This document shows positions 18,044 through 27,789 of a DNA stretch of 64,000 nt, piece by piece. This stretch comes from a virus. Each line of letters starts with the position of its first letter. Within the stretch, counting starts at the first letter, position 1. Below the pieces are notes generated by a model, which was not told the origin of the DNA, made no database searches, and saw only the letters and a program-made list of their open reading frames with translations. A program made the translations under genes and the position numbers. The stretch lies in the IMG/VR virus record IMGVR_UViG_3300046314_000711, one strand, 5' to 3'.

Positions 18044-18379
18044 AGGGGTGGATCCAGCAACATAAATTAAAATGGACTGATAGTTTGATAATTTCCAGCT
18101 TGTCTGGAAACTCGACTAGATATGTGCCTGTCCAGACATGACAGAGATATGGCAGAGAATGGTAGGCTCTGCATGAAAAAAACAAGCACACTGAAAAGTG
18201 TAAAGAATTGCTAAAACAATTTGCATCGACCGCACCACCCCGTTAGTTATTTTAGGGAAGCTTGCAGCCAACTTTATACACTAGACTTTTAATCTAACCC
18301 GTAAAAAGGCTTCCCGTTTAATTTTAGGGTTACTTCCAGCCACCATCTTCATTTGTACTGAAAATAAAACAGTAACCCG
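18044..18379 (+). ncRNA. Three tandem CAGCMA-scaffold RNAs upstream of the Ro60-like gene
   Basis: Units 18044-18242, 18254-18316, 18326-18379; each AGGG-stem, CAGC(A/C)A, payload, stem'-CCCG. Confidence 0.65.
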
Positions 18380-18403
18380 GCTTATATCAAGGAGCACATA
18401 GAC

Positions 18404-19837
18404 ATGACAACAGCAACATTTGCACACGCAGTTTTAACTCAACCAACTACAACAACCAATGGCATGAAAGCATTCGCTGGCACTGGTAACGCTTGTGTTC
18501 AACTTTTCTATGCGATCGGTGCGATGCGTGGTAAAGACGTTATTCCATTGTTTAAAGCAGCCTATGCAGAAAACATGGAAATTGCACTGCGAATCGCACA
18601 ATGGAGCCGTGACATTCGTGGTGGAGCAGGAGAGCGTCAAATTTTCAAAGATATTCTTGCTCACTTGGAAATTACGAATCAAGATCAGCAAGTACGAGCA
18701 CTAATCGATAAGATTCCAGAAATTGGGCGTGCTGATGATATGTTGATCAATTGGAAGACAGTGGGGGTTCGTAACTATGCATTTACTGTATATGGGGAAC
18801 AACTTCGCAACGGTAATGGACTATTCTACAAATTCCTACCTCGTGAAAAAAGCGCAAAGAAGCGTCTCGCAGCAGAACTCCGTTCATTCTTCGGATTGAC
18901 TCCTCGTCAGTACCGTAAGCTGGCTTCTGCTAATACTACTGTTACCGAAACACAGATGTGTGCGAAGGATTGGGATAACATCAACTTTAGCCACGTGCCT
19001 TCTGTTGCTGCCTCACGTTACAAAAAAGCATTTAAAAGAAATGCTCCCGTTGTGTTTACTGAATATGTTGAAAAACTGACCAAAGGCGATCCGTCCGTAA
19101 AGGTAAACTCAAGCGCAATCTTCCCGTACACAGTGATCAAAGGCTGGCATTCTTCTCGCATTGATCCAACGATTCGTGCTCATGTGAATGCACAGTGGGC
19201 AGCACTACCAAACTACGTAGGTAATGCGAGTATCTTGCCATTAGTTGATGTATCTGGTTCGATGAATTGCCCAGCTGGTGGAGACACTTCAGTGACTTGC
19301 CACGATGTTGCACTATCACTCGGTCTGTACCTGTCTGAAAAGAATACTGGTAAGTTTAAAGATATGTTCCTGACGTTCTCCGAAGATCCTGAACTACTGC
19401 ACCTAACTGGTGACGTGATGGATCGTTTGGAAACAATGGATCGTAGCAAATGGGACATGAGCACTGACATTGTCAAGGCACTTGCTAAGATTTTGGAAGT
19501 CGCTGTTGCTGGTAACGTACCTCAAGGTGAAATGCCAGAAATCTTGTGTGTGATGTCCGACATGCAATTCAATGAGGCAGCAGAGGCAAACGATAGTGCG
19601 ATGGAAAGCGTGCGAACTCAATATGCTGCAGCCAACTACACATGCCCAAAGTTGGTGTGGTGGAATCTAAATCACAAAGGTAACGTACCTGTGACAGCCA
19701 ATGAGCAGGGCGCAGCACTTGTATCGGGGTTTAGCCCAGCGATTGTAGCAAGCATTCTGAGTGCGGATCCAGATGATTTCACACCATATGCATTAATGAT
19801 CAAATCCGTCTGTGTACCGCGATATGATGTGAAATAA
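18404..19837 (+). CDS. Ro60/TROVE-like (DUF2828-type) protein with VWA domain
   Basis: TTTNG, RDIRGGAGER, VDVSGSM (MIDAS), SDMQF, WNL, LVSGFS motifs. Confidence 0.85.
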   Translation: MTTATFAHAVLTQPTTTTNGMKAFAGTGNACVQLFYAIGAMRGKDVIPLFKAAYAENMEIALRIAQWSRDIRGGAGERQIFKDILAHLEITNQDQQVRALIDKIPEIGRADDMLINWKTVGVRNYAFTVYGEQLRNGNGLFYKFLPREKSAKKRLAAELRSFFGLTPRQYRKLASANTTVTETQMCAKDWDNINFSHVPSVAASRYKKAFKRNAPVVFTEYVEKLTKGDPSVKVNSSAIFPYTVIKGWHSSRIDPTIRAHVNAQWAALPNYVGNASILPLVDVSGSMNCPAGGDTSVTCHDVALSLGLYLSEKNTGKFKDMFLTFSEDPELLHLTGDVMDRLETMDRSKWDMSTDIVKALAKILEVAVAGNVPQGEMPEILCVMSDMQFNEAAEANDSAMESVRTQYAAANYTCPKLVWWNLNHKGNVPVTANEQGAALVSGFSPAIVASILSADPDDFTPYALMIKSVCVPRYDVK

Positions 19838-19865
19838 GGTGCTCTAACGTAGTTTGGAGCATGTT

Positions 19866-19973
19866 GGGACTCTAGCATAATTGGTAGTGCTGGGAACTCT
19901 TACGGAGCATCTGCACAAGCGGGTGTTCAAAATAATTCCTAAGGCCTCGGTTCGAACCCGGGGGGTCCCACCA
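19866..19973 (+). ncRNA. tRNA-Lys(CTT)-like RNA with 32-nt hairpin insert in the anticodon loop
   Basis: GGGACTC/GGGTCCC-ACCA; GGGAA-CTCTTA[insert]A-TTCCT; CTCGG-TTCGAAC-CCGGG. Confidence 0.7.
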
Positions 19974-19978
19974 AGTTA

Positions 19979-20002
19979 AAAGGCTCCAATTGGAGCCTTT
20001 TC
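19979..20002. terminator. Bidirectional intrinsic terminator
   Basis: AAAAGGCTCC-AATT-GGAGCCTTTT between convergent units. Confidence 0.8.
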
Positions 20003-20353
20003 TTATTTGCAGTGTAATCCGCTTGGATCGAATGTATCCAAAAATTTAACACATACCCATCGAGCAACGGTTTTTCGCCATGAATCTTGCTCCGTGCAGC
20101 ACCACATGCTTAGTCGTTGTGTTACTAACCACTGTCGTGGTAGTTCCAGAAACAAAATCGACATTACAAATATATTGACAAGCACATCAACGAGTGCGAG
20201 TAAGCCAATTACTGGATAACCCAGCACAAGTGCGGGAAGAGAGATAGTGTGATTATCTTTTGCTCTAACTAGCGCACACCCCGCAAGGTAGAACATCCAT
20301 AACACATATAGCGATCCAATAAAATACAGTACCGTCCAACCTACATAGTTCAT
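20003..20353 (-). CDS. Membrane protein
   Basis: Two hydrophobic segments. Confidence 0.7.
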   Translation of the reverse strand: MNYVGWTVLYFIGSLYVLWMFYLAGCALVRAKDNHTISLPALVLGYPVIGLLALVDVLVNIFVMSILFLELPRQWLVTQRLSMWCCTEQDSWRKTVARWVCVKFLDTFDPSGLHCK

Positions 20354-21132
20354 TTCACATCTCCTTTTTTAAATAATTGCCATAACCACATCCCAGCCGG
20401 TAGCAACAGTGTTGACCATATCCACTGCATGTGCTCTTTCAACATTGCAAGTAGCCGCTGTTGTGGTGCGATCTCCACCGTTATAGTACTCTCAAACGTC
20501 TTAATAGACCGTTCTGCACGATCGTTATCTACAGTCACGATTGCGTTGATGGACAAATGTATATCGTGCTTACCAGGTGGTGCACCTGACAGATCCCACT
20601 TCCACTCCGTAATCTCCGTCTCTGATAGTGCTTGACGATCTGGTGTAAGCGCTAGTACCTTAAAGTCTGGTGCAAGTAGAGTGACGTTGAGTATTTTCGA
20701 CACCTGTATCACTGCTCGTGTCGAACTGTGAGTAGTTGTTGATATAGCAACTATATTTGGATCGATCCGCAGTACAGCGTGTACTGTATCATTAACATTG
20801 GCTGTGGTAGGTGCTTCAAACGTCATCGTAGCACTTTTTAACTGAGATGACACTAGATCCGCAGTCTGCTCCACGGTAGCACCTACTGACTTTGGTGCGA
20901 TGTTGAGTTGTTTTGCTACTTTGTTAATTAGCGTTGGTGTAGATACAACCTTTGCGAGAGTACTCGAAGTCTCGCGCTCATTGACTGGTGCTGATGTAGA
21001 TCCTGCATTGGTAGACTGACGCAATATTTCTTCAACATTAATATTGAGTGCAGTAGCTGGTGCTGTGGTAATCATCGGGAGTTGTGAACATCCTGCCAGT
21101 AGAGCTACAATAAATAAAAGTGTTCGTTGCAT
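20350..21132 (-). CDS. Lipoprotein with C-terminal membrane segment
   Basis: Lipobox LLAGC; C-terminal WIWSTLLLPAGMWLW. Confidence 0.75.
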   Translation of the reverse strand: MQRTLLFIVALLAGCSQLPMITTAPATALNINVEEILRQSTNAGSTSAPVNERETSSTLAKVVSTPTLINKVAKQLNIAPKSVGATVEQTADLVSSQLKSATMTFEAPTTANVNDTVHAVLRIDPNIVAISTTTHSSTRAVIQVSKILNVTLLAPDFKVLALTPDRQALSETEITEWKWDLSGAPPGKHDIHLSINAIVTVDNDRAERSIKTFESTITVEIAPQQRLLAMLKEHMQWIWSTLLLPAGMWLWQLFKKGDVK

Positions 21133-21215
21133 GATAATTCTCGTATGAGCAACTATTTACTACTAGTATGTTGCGACTGCACACATGATTGAAACAAGCA
21201 ATAGAAAGCAAATCG

Positions 21216-21731
21216 GTGAAAATTAACCAAATACTAAATCAATTAGCAGAGGCGAATTTTGATACTAATCTCACTAATCTGTCCTCGTGGCACAAAAAAT
21301 CTGATGCAAATACGCATCTCCGTGTAGGTCAGTTAGGAGAGCTTAGTGTAGTGGTGTCGGTTAAATTTACTCACATTGCTCCACTCAATCTCATTGGAGC
21401 GGGTGTTGAATTTGGCATACTTGCACCTGGTGCTACAGAATACGCTTACGACATTGGTTCGGCACCAACTGTTCCAACAGGGCAAATATTTGGTGCCGTA
21501 ATCAATGTGTTGCGAGGAGATCTGCCCACCCACTGGGATTTTATGTATGCAGAAGCAAAAGATAGTGTCCCAAGACGAGTGCGCTTGTATACTGCATTAT
21601 TTTCTCGGTTTGCTTCACATTACAATATGGTAGTCGGGTCCGTGGCTGATCGACACAGTGGTGGCGTAGTTATGGCACGGCAGCAGGACATGGAGCCGAT
21701 CAGGCAACTTGCTTCACAGGTATTTCGGTAA
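21216..21731 (+). CDS. Hypothetical protein, paralog family A
   Basis: GTG start MKINQIL; QIFGAVIN...WDF...AKDSVPRRVRLY. Confidence 0.65.
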   Translation: MKINQILNQLAEANFDTNLTNLSSWHKKSDANTHLRVGQLGELSVVVSVKFTHIAPLNLIGAGVEFGILAPGATEYAYDIGSAPTVPTGQIFGAVINVLRGDLPTHWDFMYAEAKDSVPRRVRLYTALFSRFASHYNMVVGSVADRHSGGVVMARQQDMEPIRQLASQVFR

Positions 21732-22315
21732 TGGATGCAATCAACCCAGGCCGCTTGCAATACTTTCCGGAGTATTATACTCAATTTGATTCTCCTGTTG
21801 TATGGGAAGAAAATACGTGCATCGATACAGTACTGTCCAGCAAGTATAAAGTGCAGTTGACATTAGATCAAGTTATCATAGATAATATTTTGGGGATTGT
21901 TCCGCATATTGCGATATGGGACGGGGTACAATTTATTGAACAAGTAGAGTGGATTGGTAAACCATACGAATGGTTCGATGAACAGAAATCTGATATGGCT
22001 AACATCGTAGGGGCTTGTGCCAATGCGATTTTATCTGAAATTGATCACCAAAGTTGGCAATACATAGTTGCAATTTCCCCAATTGCTATGCGTGATGTCC
22101 CTACCAGTTTATTGCTTGAAGTAATACGAAAACGAAAAGGAATGGGGATAAATGATTATGAAACATCAACTACACGATATGTAGGCGCTGCCAAAAATAG
22201 TGCCCCTGGTTTTGTGATTAGTGATCACCATCTACAAGGGATCGCCGCCCAATATGATTCGACTTTCCAACCCAATTTATCTCAACCAAATCGCCCACGG
22301 TGGCGCATGTCGTAA
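21731..22315 (+). CDS. Hypothetical protein, distant family A
   Basis: PVVWEE; NIVGACANAIL...WQYIV. Confidence 0.6.
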   Translation: MDAINPGRLQYFPEYYTQFDSPVVWEENTCIDTVLSSKYKVQLTLDQVIIDNILGIVPHIAIWDGVQFIEQVEWIGKPYEWFDEQKSDMANIVGACANAILSEIDHQSWQYIVAISPIAMRDVPTSLLLEVIRKRKGMGINDYETSTTRYVGAAKNSAPGFVISDHHLQGIAAQYDSTFQPNLSQPNRPRWRMS

Positions 22316-22329
22316 TATTTTAGCGCACT

Positions 22330-22938
22330 ATGAACAACCCTTACTTCCCACCATCCATCTACGGTCACGAGTACGATTTTCTTAAGCCTAAAGTCAAATC
22401 TGCAAAAGGGACAAAGCCTCCAAAAGACAAAAGACCAGTGAACTGGCGCGCTGGTAAAAAATGTACCTGTGCACTAGCTTGTATTACACCATCGGGGCGG
22501 GTGTTAATCTGCCACCCAACTAACGGTCCATTCAAATTCGGCTGGGGGTTTCCAAAGGGTATTAAGGATGATACCGATGCTGATGAAATCTCCGCCGCCC
22601 GCCGAGAACTGCGTGAAGAAACTGGAATAGACCTACCCGATGATATGCTGTACATCAATTGTGGAACATTTGATTATACTAAGGAAAAGGTGTATCGTCT
22701 GTTTGCGGTGAAACTTGATTATGAAATTGACATCACTACACTGCACTGCGAATCAATGTTTACAGATAAGGACGGTACTCAAAAACCCGAGATTGACAAA
22801 TATGATCTTGTTAAGCTCGATCGTTGTTACAAAGATATGACGACAAAACAATCCCTTGTGGTTAAGTCGTGTCTAGCAACACTCCGTGCTACATTGCGGG
22901 GTACTGCGAAAGACACTCGTGTCGATTGGGTACTATAA
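22330..22938 (+). CDS. NUDIX hydrolase
   Basis: WGFPKG...AARRELREETG Nudix box. Confidence 0.9.
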   Translation: MNNPYFPPSIYGHEYDFLKPKVKSAKGTKPPKDKRPVNWRAGKKCTCALACITPSGRVLICHPTNGPFKFGWGFPKGIKDDTDADEISAARRELREETGIDLPDDMLYINCGTFDYTKEKVYRLFAVKLDYEIDITTLHCESMFTDKDGTQKPEIDKYDLVKLDRCYKDMTTKQSLVVKSCLATLRATLRGTAKDTRVDWVL

Positions 22939-24057
22939 GTATTCTCGTTGGAACGGAGCACTACGAATGGCGACATATGAATGGACGACAGAGGATACCC
23001 AACTGTGGATACACGAGCAGTATCTGAAGCTAGAAGATATGCAGTACTATCTGAAGACCACAGTCGAGTGGTTGGAAGATAAAGGAATCACTGACAATAG
23101 GTTGGTATTTGTGTGCTCATTTATGACAATTATCTGGGTCAATCATCTACGTGGTATGTTGACGTCAAAGCGAGAAATATTTGAGATACTCGAAATTCCT
23201 CAGTGGGAGGATGTTAGTGATCAATTGTATATTCTCCCGAATGCATATGTTGCAATGAACTTGGAACACGAAGAACTTTTAGAGTTGGTTATTCGCAACA
23301 AAATTAAAATATGAACTTATTACCAATTACCCTTCAATCGCTCAGCACTCCAACAGAACCTACCGATGAACGACGAATCTTAGAAATGTTAAATGAAGTG
23401 AATAGCGAGCTTGACAACTTACTGAGCCATTTGGATTCGATCCTTACTACTGATACATCAAAATGAAGTTATCTAGTCAACTAACACAGTTGTATGAAGA
23501 AATGTGCGGTGCGTGCTCGTACGATGTTGTGGCGTGTGACGAAGCAGGGGAGCGATGTTTTAGCTGGGAGCCACAAGCAGTAGCATGGGACACGTGCGGT
23601 ATAGTAGAAAAACACTTCTTCAACCCTGAAACTGGCAAATACAGTAGAGGATATGATGATGTCCGACAAAAACTCCGCGAAAGTTTAGCTGGATTAAATG
23701 ACGCGCTCGACAAGCATGAAGACCCGTATCTTCAGGTACATGCTCAGTGGTGGGGTGCGATATGGGGCGCGCTGGCAGAAGAATCGAAGAAAAAATGAAC
23801 GATTACTTTACTGTTGAAAATACTGGCTGGTCTGATGGTGTTAGCTGGTTTGAAGTTAAACAAAATCGCTTCGACGCCCGTTTTCCAACGTATGAGACCG
23901 CATTAGAGTATATTGAACGCAATTGCACGGACGACTCAGCCATACGATGGCGAATCGCTCACATCGTCGTGATACACTTTGAGGATGGGTTTACCGTGAC
24001 GACAAAATATACGGAGATCAAATGATTGAAATAATTATTCGTGGTCCTAGTGGTGCA

Positions 24058-24108
24058 GTCTCCATCGACCGAACTAAAGATTCGGCAATTTCCCGCCGCT
24101 CAAACTAA
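24058..24108 (-). mobile_element. Degenerate IS605-type mini-element (TAM TTCAT)
   Basis: GCCGAATCTTTAGTTCGGT hairpin; near-identical to 39930-39980. Confidence 0.6.
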
Positions 24109-24230
24109 ATGAAATACTAGAAGGTGTGTGCATCAAGCAACAAATGGTCGATCAAATTAAAAGTTGACCACTTATATTGAGGTGGTTAAAGTAAAAGCAT
24201 ATATACATTCATCAACCAAAGGATTTTAAA

Positions 24231-24590
24231 ATGTTGTAGATTTCTCACAAAACATACTGCTACGTGTTCATCCGGACGGATATTCCATTAGCACAGCAAA
24301 TCGTGCAGGCGAATCACTCGACCCTTCACGCTGGTCTTTTAGCCGGGCAATCCGGTCATAGTTATACACAGACCCCTTCTATAGTTTTATTACAGATTTC
24401 GAACGAAGCAAAGCTACTCAAAGCTCACGCTCGCATCACGTCCCTCAGGATTCCATGTGAGATTTTCTTCGAACCAGATGGCGAAGCTCTTGGATACGAG
24501 TCTTCGTTTACCTCTTTTGCTACTATTCCTGTGGCAGAAGAACTTCGCGCCGAGTTTCGGCAATATAGACTTTGGAGATCCCCACTATGA
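24231..24590 (+). CDS. PTH2-like peptidyl-tRNA hydrolase with in-frame amber at codon 3
   Basis: AAGGA RBS, then ATG TTG TAG ATT... in frame with YCYVFIRTDIPLAQQIVQANH and FFEPD. Confidence 0.7.
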
Positions 24591-24892
24591 CTACTACCCT
24601 AACTACACTACCAGCTTTTGCAACCATGGATGACTACAAAACATGGAGAGCAGCATGGAGAGCAGAATACGCTCAACTAACACTCGACATTCGTGTTGCA
24701 AAGATTAAGCTACGTAGCACTAACCGTGAATACTCTGCCACAGGTACATCTGCACTGTACATTGCTACTACCGCAGCTCGCTGCCAGGTAACGAGCCACA
24801 GCAAACGAGCTAATAAGGCGATTGACACTCGCCATGCTTCAAAAGTGCGTGCAGCAGAACTATATGCAGCTACGCACGTGGAGGTGGCATAA
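24587..24892 (+). CDS. Hypothetical helical protein
   Basis: GGAGA RBS; ATGA overlap with the upstream stop. Confidence 0.65.
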   Translation: MTTTLTTLPAFATMDDYKTWRAAWRAEYAQLTLDIRVAKIKLRSTNREYSATGTSALYIATTAARCQVTSHSKRANKAIDTRHASKVRAAELYAATHVEVA

Positions 24893-24929
24893 AATGTGGT
24901 AGATTGACAAGACTGAGCTCGAAGCTCAA

Positions 24930-25457
24930 ATGAGGACTTGTTTTCAGTTCAAGACGATCGATATGCTGGACCACGGAAACATGGTCCACGCAGCATACAT
25001 GCAGATCGTTGGTGATATTGAAAATGACAATCTGTCCAAGTATCCAGCGTGTACAGCGCAGATTTGGCACAAGTATCGAGCGACTTTGCCAAGCCTTGAA
25101 ACAATCCGGTTGTACCATGTGTATCACGATTGTGGCAAGCACTTGTCACTGACGATTGATAACGAAGGCCGCCGGCATTATCCAAACCATGCGGAGCACA
25201 GTTACCAGCTGTTCTCCAAGTACAATGATGATGTGGTGGCTGCTACACTTATCAAACACGATATGCACCTGCACATACTGCGTGGTGAAGAGCTTTGTCA
25301 GTTCCTTAAATCATTCGACTACATTGGGATTTTGTGGCTGACTGCATCAGCAGAGTTGCATGCAAATGCGGAAATGTTTGGCGGTTATGACCAAACCTCT
25401 TTTAAGATAAAGTTGAAACAGATAGAGAAAGCAGGTAAGCGATTGCTTTCTACGTAA
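24930..25457 (+). CDS. HD-domain phosphohydrolase
   Basis: H...YHDCGK...HYPNHAEHS...HDMHLH. Confidence 0.8.
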   Translation: MRTCFQFKTIDMLDHGNMVHAAYMQIVGDIENDNLSKYPACTAQIWHKYRATLPSLETIRLYHVYHDCGKHLSLTIDNEGRRHYPNHAEHSYQLFSKYNDDVVAATLIKHDMHLHILRGEELCQFLKSFDYIGILWLTASAELHANAEMFGGYDQTSFKIKLKQIEKAGKRLLST

Positions 25458-25462
25458 GATGC

Positions 25463-25536
25463 GCCCATGAAACTTTAAGGTGAAGTGTCAGTCTCTAAAA
25501 CTGGAAAACTCGGCTCGGTACCGAGCATGGGCACCA
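25463..25536 (+). tRNA. Amber suppressor tRNA (CTA)
   Basis: GCCCATG/CATGGGC-ACCA; ACTT/AAGT D stem; TCAGT-CTCTAAA-ACTGG; CTCGG-CTCGGTA-CCGAG. Confidence 0.8.
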
Positions 25537-25595
25537 AAGTACTCACCTGCGCACGAATAGCGCACCACCCTCAATTATCAATGGAGACATTCTAT

Positions 25596-26021
25596 ATGCA
25601 AGACGTTAATCAACAACCAGTTAGTATCACCACCGCCACGTGGACCGCAACTCAGGTTCCGCATGTGTGGCAAACGGTGGATGGTAAATTTGTCTGGACA
25701 ACCGAAACTGGGAGCTCTGGTGATGATATCCTATATCCAGATATTCCTGATGCAGTTCGTGCAATGAATGTCTACAACTTCTTTGTGTTGGAAGGTCTCG
25801 GAGAGCGTTTGCGCACAGAAGTATTCAATGTAACATTCAAAAAGTCTGACGGCACACTGCGAACAATGCGTTGCACTTCTAATCCATCAGCATTTCCAGT
25901 GCGCGAATCAACAGAACCCACAAAGGCTTCCAATCCTGATGTCCAGGTTGTGTTTGACCTCGATAAAAAAGCTATCCGGTCATTTCGACGGGATAGCATT
26001 GTGAGTTTTACAGTGGCTTAA
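25596..26021 (+). CDS. WYL-like SH3-fold protein
   Basis: VTFKKSDGTLRTMRCT...VFDLDKKAIRSFR. Confidence 0.7.
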   Translation: MQDVNQQPVSITTATWTATQVPHVWQTVDGKFVWTTETGSSGDDILYPDIPDAVRAMNVYNFFVLEGLGERLRTEVFNVTFKKSDGTLRTMRCTSNPSAFPVRESTEPTKASNPDVQVVFDLDKKAIRSFRRDSIVSFTVA

Positions 26022-26026
26022 CAGGT

Positions 26027-26368
26027 TTATGCTGCTGGCGAGATAATACGTGTGCGGAGGTTGGTGATTTTGTCATCGACCTCTTTCACTTTTGCATACT
26101 CGAATGATGTTGGATCGAGAGTGCTTAGCAAAAAGATTCTAAGAACCCGAGGTAGGAGAGACTGCTCTTCAATCTGCTTAATCTCAGCCTGTGCCATGCT
26201 CGAATCTAGTAGCGACAGTGTAGTACTATCCTTCGGAGTGTTTGTAATCGTATACACTCCGTTGTCAAGGGTCTGCGATACCCAGAAGTAACGATTGTAG
26301 TCGATCCTGTGCTTGAGGTGATTAGTATTTTGCCAGCCATTTGAATAATTCCTGTATGTTATGCGCAA
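26027..26368 (-). CDS. Tail-fibre-associated hypothetical protein
   Basis: Overlaps the end of the fibre gene, same strand. Confidence 0.5.
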   Translation of the reverse strand: MRITYRNYSNGWQNTNHLKHRIDYNRYFWVSQTLDNGVYTITNTPKDSTTLSLLDSSMAQAEIKQIEEQSLLPRVLRIFLLSTLDPTSFEYAKVKEVDDKITNLRTRIISPAA

Positions 26369-27789
26369 CGGTTTGCGACTTCTACTTGCATCTTTTCGAC
26401 ATCACAGCGTTCTGCAAATATGTGGTAATAGCAATTGATTGCTCCAGTATTTGCACTATTGATGATGAATATCTTATTATCCCAAACGCCAGCGACGATC
26501 AAATCCTGTGGGGCGCCAATTGCAGTCAAGCTAACCGTGATCGATTCTGGGTCTACTAACTTAGTCCAATATTCAGGTAACTCAATTACACTAGATGTTG
26601 TCTTACCGCGGACATACACACCATTTTCTCCTCCCTCTAACGATCCATGGCGCAACATCATATCAGGCTTGGTTGGATGCGGTATCAAGAAGTTTTTCGT
26701 TGTAGCGCTCAATGTACCAACAATCGTTAAGTCACCAGACATTGTATCACCAGTCTTGCTTACGAATCCAGACGTCGTTGCATCGGTAACAATTGATGTT
26801 GTTACTCCATTGATACGTCCGTACAATCCTGTTGTAGTTGTCCAGAGATCTCCATCTAACGGAGTGGTTGGTGCTACCCCGTGTGGTAATCGTATGGATG
26901 TGACAGATAGTGATCCGGATGCATCACGGCTAGCAATTGTGTTCGCAGTATTGCTCGCTGTTGCATTAGAAGATACGTAAGCAACCCCTCCGACTGCACT
27001 AGTGGAAAGTCCAACGCCAGACACACCAATCTCTGCAATGCCGGCTGATTGAGTCGATGTTGTTGTAATTGCCAAATTAGCCGAACCGTCAAATATAGCA
27101 GTACCAGTCACAGCACCTGTTAGCGTAATTGTGCGTGGCGTAAGTAGTTTGGATGCTGTCGTTGCGTTCCCTACTAGTGCACTGGTTACAGTTGTAGCAG
27201 TGATATTATTAGCAGAAAAACTTCCAGATGCATCGCGGCTAACAATTGTATTCACAACATTAGTTGCAGTCGCGTTTGACGAAATAGTGGCTGTAGTTCC
27301 AACAACACTTGCTGTAAGACCATTACCAGTTACATCGATTGTTCCTATGTATGTTTGTGCACCTGCAGCTGTTGTTGCAATTGTTAAATTAGTTGAACCA
27401 TCAAATGTAGCAGTACCAGTTACAGCACCTGTTAGAGCTATTGTTCGAGGAGTGAATAACCGAGATGCTGTCGTGGCGTTTCCGGCAACATTCCCTGTTA
27501 GTGATGTGGCAGTAATCACATTGGCTGCAAAGTTACCAGTAGCGTTTCGCAATACAATCGAATCACCTACGTTGGATGAACTGGCGGCGGCTGGAGCAGT
27601 TCCAAGCGCTACCCAAGTGATAGGCGAGGCGCTGGTTAGAATCCAAAACGTATTCGTGTCGATTTCCCAAGCCACTTTACCACAATCACTCAGTGCCAGT
27701 GTCGTCATAGCACCCCGTGCCGCAGAGTTGGAAAATTCCCACTTGTAAAAAGGGTGGTTATCAGATGGCAGTAAACGGGAATGAAGCAT
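26359..27789 (-). CDS. Tail fibre-like protein with internal repeats
   Basis: Two GNATTAS.L.TPRTI.LTGAVTGTA.FDGS repeats; RDASG repeats; C-terminal KNFLIPHP...LEG.ENGVY domain. Confidence 0.75.
   Translation of the reverse strand: MLHSRLLPSDNHPFYKWEFSNSAARGAMTTLALSDCGKVAWEIDTNTFWILTSASPITWVALGTAPAAASSSNVGDSIVLRNATGNFAANVITATSLTGNVAGNATTASRLFTPRTIALTGAVTGTATFDGSTNLTIATTAAGAQTYIGTIDVTGNGLTASVVGTTATISSNATATNVVNTIVSRDASGSFSANNITATTVTSALVGNATTASKLLTPRTITLTGAVTGTAIFDGSANLAITTTSTQSAGIAEIGVSGVGLSTSAVGGVAYVSSNATASNTANTIASRDASGSLSVTSIRLPHGVAPTTPLDGDLWTTTTGLYGRINGVTTSIVTDATTSGFVSKTGDTMSGDLTIVGTLSATTKNFLIPHPTKPDMMLRHGSLEGGENGVYVRGKTTSSVIELPEYWTKLVDPESITVSLTAIGAPQDLIVAGVWDNKIFIINSANTGAINCYYHIFAERCDVEKMQVEVANRCA

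Noticed and set aside
26435-27748. Plus-strand ORFs 26435-26980 and 27131-27748
   Set aside because: Antisense shadows of the Thr/Ala-rich fibre gene.
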